From an uncultured archaeon (GTDB lineage: Archaea; Micrarchaeota; Micrarchaeia; Micrarchaeales; CABMGC01), in contig OY969902.1 in assembly GCA_963704435.1 (NCBI GenBank), positions 270,001 to 302,000 on the forward strand: a stretch of DNA of 32,000 nucleotides, read 5' to 3'. Below are positions 1 through 7,591 of the stretch, one piece after another. Both the position numbers and the translations under genes were made by a program. How positions within the stretch are numbered: position 1 is the first letter of the stretch; each line of letters starts with the position of its first letter. The notes beneath the pieces were generated by a model, which saw nothing but the letters and a program-made list of their open reading frames with translations, made no database searches and was not told where the DNA came from.

Positions 1-404
1 CCTATTATTGGGTGATTCTGAGTTATGGTTTTCCCATCCTCTCCAGCAGCATCGCACTGATCTGCCTTATCGCATACCGTACATATGAAATAAATTTCCT
101 TCGAGAGAATTCTGATTTTGCCATAGAAGTTATTCGGTTTACAATTGCGTTTCACACGGTCATCAACAAACCAAGTCTCAGCTCTATCATCTGTTGGGCA
201 CAAACCAATCTCTTTAGCTAACTCTTCTGGAATAAGGGATATCTGTGCTCCAGTGTCTATGAATGCTAAGACTTTACGGCTCCCTGAGGAGCCCGTTAAT
301 TCTACCCATTCATGAACTTTAAATGCAGTAGTAGAACCCTCTCTGGCTAAGGTGCTGCGGTAGCTTTCCAGAACTCTCTCCTTGGTTTCGTTTGTGCATT
401 CCAT
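1..404 (-). CDS. Partial retropepsin-like (clan AA) aspartyl protease domain protein, C-terminus beyond window start
   Basis: Hand translation of the minus strand from ATG (plus 'cat' 402-404): MECTNETKERVLESYRSTLAREGSTTAFKVHEWVELTGSSGSRKVLAFIDTGAQISLIPEELAKEIGLCPTDD...; the FIDTGAQISLIP motif matches the D-T-G/S-A active site of retropepsin-like domains. Frame open to base 1; absent from the supplied ORF track. Confidence 0.6.
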   Translation of the reverse strand, partial: MECTNETKERVLESYRSTLAREGSTTAFKVHEWVELTGSSGSRKVLAFIDTGAQISLIPEELAKEIGLCPTDDRAETWFVDDRVKRNCKPNNFYGKIRILSKEIYFICTVCDKADQCDAAGEDGKTITQNHPII

Positions 405-470
405 AGCATTCCCATTTTACTAATAGCTAAAAGATTAATATTTTGAGAGCATAGTCAAAGCGATACTTCT

Positions 471-839
471 ATGGATAACCTTACAAAGTCGCAAAGGAGC
501 CATGTGATGTCAACCATAAGAAGCAGGAACACGGCCCCAGAGTTGCGCATCAAGAAGCTGATGCAGGCGTTAAACTTTCGCTACCAGCCAAAAGGCATCT
601 ATGGAAAGCCTGACTTCGCAAACAGGAAGGAGAAAATAGCGGTGTTCATCGACGGGTGCTTTTGGCACGGATGTCAGATACACTACAAGACTCCTACGAG
701 CAACGTGGATTTCTGGAAAAGAAAAGTGAGCACGAACATCAAGCACGATAGGAAAGTCTCGTATGTGCTGAGGGTGGAAGGATGGAGAGTCATCAGAATA
801 TGGGAGCATTCTATAACTGCGCTTGAGTCTAAGGATTGA
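471..839 (+). CDS. vsr: Very short patch repair (Vsr-type) mismatch/restriction endonuclease
   Basis: MDNLTKSQRSHVMSTIRSRNTAPELRIKKLM...GKPDFANRKEKIAVFIDGCFWHGC...FWKRKVSTNIKHDRKV...GWRVIRIWEHSI is the characteristic Vsr signature. Confidence 0.95.
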   Translation: MDNLTKSQRSHVMSTIRSRNTAPELRIKKLMQALNFRYQPKGIYGKPDFANRKEKIAVFIDGCFWHGCQIHYKTPTSNVDFWKRKVSTNIKHDRKVSYVLRVEGWRVIRIWEHSITALESKD

Positions 840-890
840 GCCAATCCAGGGATTTAAATATCTTGACTTCTACAACCAACTGTGTGAGCT

Positions 891-1949
891 ATGCACTCCA
901 AGGGTACTGCTGTAGATCTCTTTTCTGGGGCAGGGGGTGCAAGCGAGGGGATTGAGCAGGCAGGTTTTGAAGTGGCTGCCGCCAACGAGATAAATGCACA
1001 TGCCGCACTTACCTACAAGTTCAACCATCCAGACACCGAGCTGATACAGAAAGATGTGAGGAAACTCACTTCGAAAGAGCTGCTCAGGACAGTAAATAGG
1101 ATTGATTTGCTCTTTGCAGGGATTCCATGCCAAGGGTTCTCGAACGCAGGCAGGAAAGACACGCACGACCGCAGAAACTATCTCTTTCGTGAAGTCATAA
1201 GGCTGGCACGTGAAATAAAGCCACCCTTTGTCCTCATCGAGAACGTAGCTGGGTTGCTTGCGCAGAGAAATCGACCTTTTCTCGGTCTGATTGAAGCGGG
1301 CATGAAGCGGACGGGGTACACCGTCTCACACAGATTGTTCGACACATCGGAATTCGGGGTTCCGCAGAGAAGGAGGCGGATTCTGATATTGGCATCTCAG
1401 GATAAAGATGTAACACTGGAATCTTTTAGCTGGAAAAGTCCAGAGGTTGTATCAGTAATGGGGGCTATCGGCGACCTCGATTTCCTGGACCACGGCATTG
1501 CAGCAGAATATCTTAAACTTCCAAGGACACTTTATCAGAAAAAAATGCGTGGAAGCCAAAAGGAGTTATGGAACCACGAAACAGCAAGGCATTCGAGAAA
1601 GGTGGCGAGAAGATTTTCAATCTTGAGGGAGGGAGAGGTGATGCGTACTGCGCTCCCGCGAAGCAGGACAAGGAAGATATACACCGTCAAGCTTCAGGGT
1701 GGAGAGCTATCACCCACAATGACAACTATGCCAGACGACTATGTTCATTATGCACTACCGAGGACGCTCACGGTGAGAGAGATGGCAAGATTGCAGTCCT
1801 TTAGAGATTCATACCTCTTCCTTGGCCCAAGGACCACAGGCGGCACGTTGAGGAGGATGAGCGTCCCTCAGTACACGCAGGTCGGAAATGCCGTGCCGCC
1901 ACTCTTTCTGAAGCAAATTTGCCTTTTGTTGGCGAAAACAATGAGCTAA
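891..1949 (+). CDS. dcm: DNA (cytosine-5-)-methyltransferase
   Basis: Motif I VDLFSGAGGASEG, motif IV GIPCQGFSNAG, motif VI ENVAGLL, motif VIII RRRRILI, motifs IX/X TVREMARLQSF...QVGNAVPP. Confidence 0.95.
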   Translation: MHSKGTAVDLFSGAGGASEGIEQAGFEVAAANEINAHAALTYKFNHPDTELIQKDVRKLTSKELLRTVNRIDLLFAGIPCQGFSNAGRKDTHDRRNYLFREVIRLAREIKPPFVLIENVAGLLAQRNRPFLGLIEAGMKRTGYTVSHRLFDTSEFGVPQRRRRILILASQDKDVTLESFSWKSPEVVSVMGAIGDLDFLDHGIAAEYLKLPRTLYQKKMRGSQKELWNHETARHSRKVARRFSILREGEVMRTALPRSRTRKIYTVKLQGGELSPTMTTMPDDYVHYALPRTLTVREMARLQSFRDSYLFLGPRTTGGTLRRMSVPQYTQVGNAVPPLFLKQICLLLAKTMS

Positions 1950-2210
1950 AGGCAGCAGTTAACTCTGCGGTTCACCGAAAAGTATATATATCTATTTGCC
2001 ACTACTGCCTGGAAACTATGCCTGGAGGATTCCGCCTCACATCCAGGCAAGATAAGGTATATATAGTAGATTGTGTAAGAGAATTATGCAGGTGCGGTTA
2101 AAACAGATGTGTAGTGGAGGCGTCTCCTTCCTCATAGACGGAACGCCTCCCCTGTCAGGACCGCATCTGTTGGTACTATTGTGTCCTTCATATGATTTAA
2201 AGGTACCCTT

Positions 2211-3722
2211 TTGCCTGGTAAGGTGGTCGAAATAGCAGAAACGGAAGAAAATGAAAAGCAACATACAGAGAAAATCCGAGTTGGAACTCAGATAATAAAG
2301 CAGCTGAGCTCGGCTTTTTATCCAAATCCTCTCATAATCTTTGATGAACTGGTTTCCAATGCAAATGACGCACTGGCTGAAACGGTAAAAATCCACATCG
2401 GGAGGGGCTGGATAACGATAGAAGACGATGGAGAAGGAATGACTCACGAAGGCCTCGTCCACTTCTTCTATATTTCGCATACAGAGAAGGAGTCCGTTCC
2501 CGTCAGGTCCTTCAAGAATGTGAAGCGTTACATAATAGGCAAGTTTGGCATAGGCAAGATCTCTCTGTATCAAGTGTGCAAGGATTTTGAGATAGTTACT
2601 TGGCGTGATGGCATAGAATCTTCGGCTGTTTTCGATTTTGAGAAATTTGAAAAGGCGGATTTCATAGATTCCTTCAATTTGACGGTTAATTCCAAGAAAA
2701 CCGACCGAAAAGGCCACGGGACTGTCATAAACCTGTTCAACCTGAAAGGTTCCGTGAAGGAGATAACACTGCGTGACATCAAACGCCGACTCGAGAGGAC
2801 AATGCCATTGACTGAGAACTTCAAGGTATTGCTCAGTGATAGCCAAATCGGGCCTATGGAGATAAAATCGGAAAACCTTGATATCAGGATGGCGGCTAAA
2901 TATGACATAAAAGCGGATGTTCCTGATGTTGGATCAGTAACTGGCAGAGTGCTCTTCTTCAAGCACGAGGATCAGCCAAGTCAGGGCGTTTTCATAAGAG
3001 TCTTGGGCAGGCTGGTCAATTCTGAAAATACTCAAGGCATATTGAACATGAATGCGTTAAATCACCCTCAGATGTTCGCAAATAAGATCAGGGTGGAAGT
3101 GAACGCCGACGGCCTCAACGACGTCCTTCTTACGAATCGCGCTGGATTCATGGAGAAAAGTGAGCAATACGTGTCATTCCGTGCATGGCTCCAAAAATAT
3201 GTACGAAGACTTACGGATTCCGAGTACGACAAGTGGGGCGAAATTAGAGAGAACCTCGAGAAGGTCGAGCTTCCGCAGGCAATATCAGACGCATATAGCA
3301 ATATTGCTAATGTAGTGCCCCAATCAGGAATAAGCAAGTACAGTGAGAGGGAAGAAAAAGCACGACCACAACACAAACAAAAAGAGACCAAAACCAGAAG
3401 CAGAGAACTCCCAGACCTACAGACCCTCATCAAAAAGGGCAAACTAAAGATTGAGATACAAGAGATGAAGTTGACTGATGGCGAAGCTCTTTTCGATAAA
3501 GAAAATGGAATTTTGATAATAAATTCCAGAAGCCCGTCTTATGGGTTTGCCAAAACTAAGATGAGACTATCTGGCGTAGTCTACCACATATTCAAGTCTG
3601 CAACAGTGCTCATCGCATACGAGTCTGCAAGAAATCTTGAGGAATTCAAATACATATACGATGCCATTTCCAATAATGCAGAGCTCCTCCGCAGTATTGG
3701 CATGCTACTGAAAAGAAGGTGA
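2211..3722 (+). CDS. GHKL (HSP90/MutL/MORC-like) ATPase associated with restriction-modification
   Basis: Bergerat fold motifs ELVSNANDAL, ITIEDDGEGM, GKFGIGKIS; TTG start (MPGKVVEIAETEE); follows dcm/vsr on the same strand. Confidence 0.85.
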   Translation: MPGKVVEIAETEENEKQHTEKIRVGTQIIKQLSSAFYPNPLIIFDELVSNANDALAETVKIHIGRGWITIEDDGEGMTHEGLVHFFYISHTEKESVPVRSFKNVKRYIIGKFGIGKISLYQVCKDFEIVTWRDGIESSAVFDFEKFEKADFIDSFNLTVNSKKTDRKGHGTVINLFNLKGSVKEITLRDIKRRLERTMPLTENFKVLLSDSQIGPMEIKSENLDIRMAAKYDIKADVPDVGSVTGRVLFFKHEDQPSQGVFIRVLGRLVNSENTQGILNMNALNHPQMFANKIRVEVNADGLNDVLLTNRAGFMEKSEQYVSFRAWLQKYVRRLTDSEYDKWGEIRENLEKVELPQAISDAYSNIANVVPQSGISKYSEREEKARPQHKQKETKTRSRELPDLQTLIKKGKLKIEIQEMKLTDGEALFDKENGILIINSRSPSYGFAKTKMRLSGVVYHIFKSATVLIAYESARNLEEFKYIYDAISNNAELLRSIGMLLKRR

Positions 3723-3726
3723 ATAA

Positions 3727-3864
3727 TCAGGTTGTCTTCAGCCAATTTAAGATAGCTTCTTCTACAGCAGTGCTTATGCTCCCCTTTTTGAAACCGAACT
3801 TCTCCGCAGCCTTCCTGCGAAGTTTTTCCTCGAGAGCATCGGAAATTACGATCTGCATCCTACC
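3727..3864 (-). CDS. Small ribbon-helix-helix, VapB-like antitoxin candidate (no adjacent toxin)
   Basis: Minus ORF contains MQIVISDALEEKLRRKAAEKFGFKKGSISTAVEEAILNWLKTT, RHH-like strand-helix-helix pattern; the track extends the ORF to 3915 but MQIVIS is a more plausible start. The start coordinate is approximate. Confidence 0.5.
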   Translation of the reverse strand, partial: GRMQIVISDALEEKLRRKAAEKFGFKKGSISTAVEEAILNWLKTT

Positions 3865-3884
3865 CATTTCTACACAAAAACATT

Positions 3885-3933
3885 TATACACACATACATT
3901 TATATTCCTTTTCAATCATATATACACACATAC
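3885..3933. repeat. Two direct copies of TATACACACATAC (3885-3897 and 3921-3933)
   Basis: Identical 13-mers 36 bp apart in the intergenic region between the RHH gene (-) and the transposase (+). Confidence 0.8.
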
Positions 3934-3956
3934 AGCTATGTGTTTGAGGCACGGAT

Positions 3957-4964
3957 ATGGAAAAAATGGAGGTTCTGCAAACGGTGGGTGGGAAGCTAAC
4001 CTATAGCCAGGACTGGCCAGCTTACAACAAGGCCCAGATCCAGGAGAAAACTCTTTTCATGCGCCTATTGCATGAACTTTGCAATGAGATAGAAGAGCCA
4101 ATGTATGTTTTTGGCAGGCCGAAAAAGCTTCGTGGAGACATGGTATTCAGCTCTGCCTTGAAGGTATACACTACCTTTTCGCTTAGGCGTTTCATGACCG
4201 ACATGGAAACTGCTTTGAAAGAAGGATACCTCAAAAATCGATGCTCATATAGCACAGTTAGCAACTATATGAGGAGTGAAAAACTAACAGTAATACTGAA
4301 AGATCTGATAATGCTATCTGCAATGCCGTTGAAAACAGTAGAAACTCAATTTGCAGTGGACAGCTCTGGCCTGAGAACAACAAAATTTAGCGACTACTGC
4401 AGAGAGAAGCACCACATGAGCCAGTCCCATCTATGGGTAAAGGTCCATGCAATCTGTGGAGTAAAAACCAACATCATAACGGCAGTGGAGCTCGGATTTG
4501 ACAACCATACTGCGGACAGTCCGCAATTTGCGCCTCTCGTAAGCGCAACGGCAAAGATGGGGTTCGGGATAAAAGAAGTATCTGCAGACAAGGCCTACAG
4601 TTCAGTAGCCAATTATAATGTGGTACAAGATGTTGGCGGACAGGCATACATTCCGTTCAAAAGCAATACAACTGCATTATCGAGTTACAGCAAAGGAACT
4701 CGAGGAAAATTGTGGAGAAGGATGTTTCATTACTTCCAGCTAAATCAGGAGGAATTTCTGGAGCATTACCATAAGAGGAGCAACATCGAAAGCACGTTCT
4801 TTATGATAAAGGCAAAGTTCACGGATTTGATAAGGAGCAAGGATGAAACCGCACAGATAAATGAGGTGCTTTTAAAGGTTTTATGCCATAATATCTGTGT
4901 GTTAATCCAGCAGATGTTTGAGCTGGGGATCGAACCTGATTTCTTGAAGGGTGAAACCACATGA
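3957..4964 (+). mobile_element. DDE (IS4/IS5-like) transposase, apparently full-length ORF
   Basis: 335 aa: FAVDSSGLRTTKFSDYCREK... LWVKVHAICGVKTNIITAVELG... VSADKAYSS... HYHKRSNIESTFFMIKAKF; DDE pattern with Y-(2)-R-(3)-E-like YHKRSNIESTF. Confidence 0.9.
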
Positions 4965-5084
4965 AGGTAAGTAATTTATTCTTAAGTATTCAAAGCAGGG
5001 TTACGCAAAATGCGTTCTGGCAACGCTATACAAGAGGCCATCTGCTTTTGGGTGATCTTTCGTTGTTAGCGAAGCCAGTGCAAA

Positions 5085-6095
5085 TTGGTGTCAAATATGA
5101 TTAGAACCGATTCAAAAACTGGTGAGTTCCTTGACGTTAACCAAGTGCATAAGGGCGATGCGAGGATTCTGCTGAAAAAAGTCCAGCCGAATTCCATAAA
5201 ATTGAGTGTGTGGTCACCACCTTATCATGTTGGAAAGGAGTATGAAAAAGGCATGTCATATGAGGATTGGGTTTCATTGCTTCGGGAAGTAATAAAGGAG
5301 CACTACGAGATACTTGTGCCAGGAGGTTTCCTTGTAATAAACATAGCTGACATTTTGTGCTTTAAAGATAAGTCCATGCCCAGAATCCAGGCTTTGAATC
5401 TAAACAGGCAGCGCAGTCAAGTTACTAAAACTGACATATTAAAGGCCATGTCCAATCACCCTGATTTCAACCGAGATCAACTTGCATTGTTGCTGGGTTG
5501 CAGCGAGCAAACAATAGACAGGCGATTACACGGCAACAATATACGTGGCGGTAAATACTCGGACCAAACGAGAGTTAAGGTTGTCGGGGGTTTGATAGAA
5601 TCATTTGCTTTAGAAGCAGGGCTGTACCCTTACGATAGGAGAATATGGGTAAAGGATCCAGCGTGGGCAAATTCAAAGTTCTCGACGCTTTCATATAGAT
5701 CAGTAGATGAATTTGAATACCTGTATTTCTTCTGGAAGCCAGGCGTCACAGAAATAAAAAGAGAAAGACTCACAAACGATGAATGGGCTGACTGGGGCTA
5801 CAGAGGCGTGTGGAAGATTCCATCAGTCAGATCAAATTACGACCACGAAGCGAAATTTCCAGAAGAGTTGCCCTCCAGAGTTATACGCCTATTGACCGAT
5901 CCTGGCGACATAGTATTGGACTGTTTTATGGGGAGCGGAACAACGGCCATAGCCGCACTTAAAAACAACAGGCAATATGTGGGCATAGAGTTATTTGCCA
6001 AATATGTAGCCCTATCCAACAAGAACATCAAGGATGCGATTAAAAAGAGAGACCAATCTTTAAAGCAGAGCCGTCTTGCCAAATCTTGGAACTGA
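5085..6095 (+). CDS. Beta-class N4-cytosine DNA methyltransferase with internal helix-turn-helix-like insert
   Basis: Motif IV SVWSPPYHVGKEY (SPPY) precedes motif I DCFMGSGTTAIAA; internal segment DILKAMSNHPDFNRDQLALLLGCSEQTIDRRLHG looks like an HTH. An ATG at 5097 is an alternative start to TTG at 5085. Confidence 0.92.
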   Translation: MVSNMIRTDSKTGEFLDVNQVHKGDARILLKKVQPNSIKLSVWSPPYHVGKEYEKGMSYEDWVSLLREVIKEHYEILVPGGFLVINIADILCFKDKSMPRIQALNLNRQRSQVTKTDILKAMSNHPDFNRDQLALLLGCSEQTIDRRLHGNNIRGGKYSDQTRVKVVGGLIESFALEAGLYPYDRRIWVKDPAWANSKFSTLSYRSVDEFEYLYFFWKPGVTEIKRERLTNDEWADWGYRGVWKIPSVRSNYDHEAKFPEELPSRVIRLLTDPGDIVLDCFMGSGTTAIAALKNNRQYVGIELFAKYVALSNKNIKDAIKKRDQSLKQSRLAKSWN

Positions 6096-6920
6096 TAGCC
6101 AGCCATCTTTAGAAGGGGATATCCTAACACAGCGCCACGAATCAATCTTTGAGAGCGGATTCAGTTTTATTCTTGTGCGCTTGTGTTTGAAAGCCAATTC
6201 ATCTTTGCCAGGGGTCATAATTCCAGAAACTTTTGAATAGAACGGGCCATCAAACATCAATAGTCCATTAGGAACTGAAATGACTTCCATGTACTCCAAT
6301 GGTTGCGTGCCCTTGCTTTTAACAGAATAGACTACTTTCAGGAAAAATGTCAGACAGTATTTCAGTTTTCCGTCTTTTGTAACATAGATCGGAGGCAACT
6401 CTGGTTGAAACTCCATCGAACGTCGAGGCCCATTAACTTTTATTTTTGAGTTCAGGTAACCAGTCGAATTCCAGATATGCCCATCTCCTGAGATCTGGTT
6501 AGGACTTACTACGACTTCATCTGGATTATCATTTGGACCAGTGAGTTTAATGTCGAAATGAATCACTGCAGTATTAGTCATGAATCTGACATCTCCACCA
6601 AAGGGCAGCCCTACAAATTCTAAATCTGGGAAGGTATCGTCTAATCCCATAATCAGATTCTGGCTAATGGATTTTTCTCCGACCTCTCCCCACGGTATAG
6701 AATCTTCACGTGGCTTTCGCCCTCTTGGACGTGGAGCATAATTCCACCAGAAAGGTTTAAGATATACGGCTTCGTCGAATTCTGATTTGAGTTTGGGTGC
6801 CGCATTTAGACATAAATCAACAAGCTTCGTGCTATACTGTTTTTCCAAGTTTATGAGAGTTTCTGGATGTTTGATTGCTTCTTCTCTGGCCTTCATATAG
6901 CTCTCTTTGAAATCATCCAT
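6060..6920 (-). CDS. BglI-family type II restriction endonuclease
   Basis: Residue-level resemblance recalled for BglI: YLKPFWWNYAPRPRGRKPREDSIPWGEVGEKSISQNL versus FLHPFWMNYPPLDRGKMPKGDQIPWIEVGEKAVGSKL; VIHFDIKLTGPNDNPDEVVVSPNQISGDG with the D-x-K catalytic core; VPNGLLMFDGP. Confidence 0.85.
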   Translation of the reverse strand: MDDFKESYMKAREEAIKHPETLINLEKQYSTKLVDLCLNAAPKLKSEFDEAVYLKPFWWNYAPRPRGRKPREDSIPWGEVGEKSISQNLIMGLDDTFPDLEFVGLPFGGDVRFMTNTAVIHFDIKLTGPNDNPDEVVVSPNQISGDGHIWNSTGYLNSKIKVNGPRRSMEFQPELPPIYVTKDGKLKYCLTFFLKVVYSVKSKGTQPLEYMEVISVPNGLLMFDGPFYSKVSGIMTPGKDELAFKHKRTRIKLNPLSKIDSWRCVRISPSKDGWLSVPRFGKTALL

Positions 6921-6963
6921 AAAGCTCGATTGAAATAGAATAGGAAAAGATAAAAGAAGCTAC

Positions 6964-7012
6964 TCTGTTTAAAAAGTCTTAGTTCTGTTTAAAAAGTGCT
7001 ACTTTCTAAACA
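6964..7012. repeat. Tandem TCTGTTTAAAAAGT x2 (6964-6977, 6984-6997) plus hairpin TGTTTAAAAAGT-gct-ACTTTCTAAACA (6986-7012)
   Basis: Read directly from sequence; 20-bp period direct repeat and 11/12 inverted repeat with 3-nt loop. Confidence 0.75.
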
Positions 7013-7353
7013 AAGCCGAAGTTGGAGTAAGATTGTGCAAGCTGTTTTATGAGATTCTCTTCAATAAAATTTCTTGCCTTTTTATCATATAAAGTTTCTT
7101 TTGCTGTTCCTTTTAATTTGCCGAATCTTCCGTAAAATACTTCTTCTCCATCCATATTCTGTTTAGAAACATTTCCAAATACCCATATGGCTTTTTCTAT
7201 ACCTTTTCTATTTTTCTCAATATACCCCTCACTCTTTGATATAAAGTCGAATATCTTTTCTTCAAAACTCTTTTCCTTTTCATAATTAATTGTCCGTTGA
7301 GAAGCTATGTGCATCCTTCCTATTACGAAGTTATGCTCCCAATCATTTCTCAT
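7006..7353 (-). CDS. Hypothetical protein in R-M island
   Basis: 115 aa ORF MRNDWEHNFVIGRMHIASQRTINYEKEK..., AT-rich, upstream of the restriction endonuclease on the same strand; no family recognised. Confidence 0.5.
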   Translation of the reverse strand: MRNDWEHNFVIGRMHIASQRTINYEKEKSFEEKIFDFISKSEGYIEKNRKGIEKAIWVFGNVSKQNMDGEEVFYGRFGKLKGTAKETLYDKKARNFIEENLIKQLAQSYSNFGFV

Positions 7354-7591
7354 ATCGGAATATGGAATAGTAGGTTTCTTATAATCTTCTTTGTTGGTCG
7401 TTCAACTCACCTTATTAATTAAATCTGTCCAGAAAGTCTTGATTCTGTCTGAAAAGTAGGACTTTGTGGATACTTGACGGACAAAGCCGTGTGGGCCTGG
7501 CCAGTCCGAGGGTATAGAAAACCCTATATAGGAGGGCTTTCTAATAGAAGCAATGGAATAGAATGGAAAAGCTAATTTTCCTTATTTTTCG

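Noticed and set aside
2037-2846. 269-aa minus ORF overlapping the GHKL ATPase gene
   Set aside because: The plus strand contains conserved ATPase motifs in that region; the minus translation has no recognisable pattern.
7523-7532. Perfect palindrome CCTATATAGG upstream of the helicase
   Set aside because: Probably only the TATA-box region; a 10-bp AT-centred palindrome is expected by chance and no second copy was seen.
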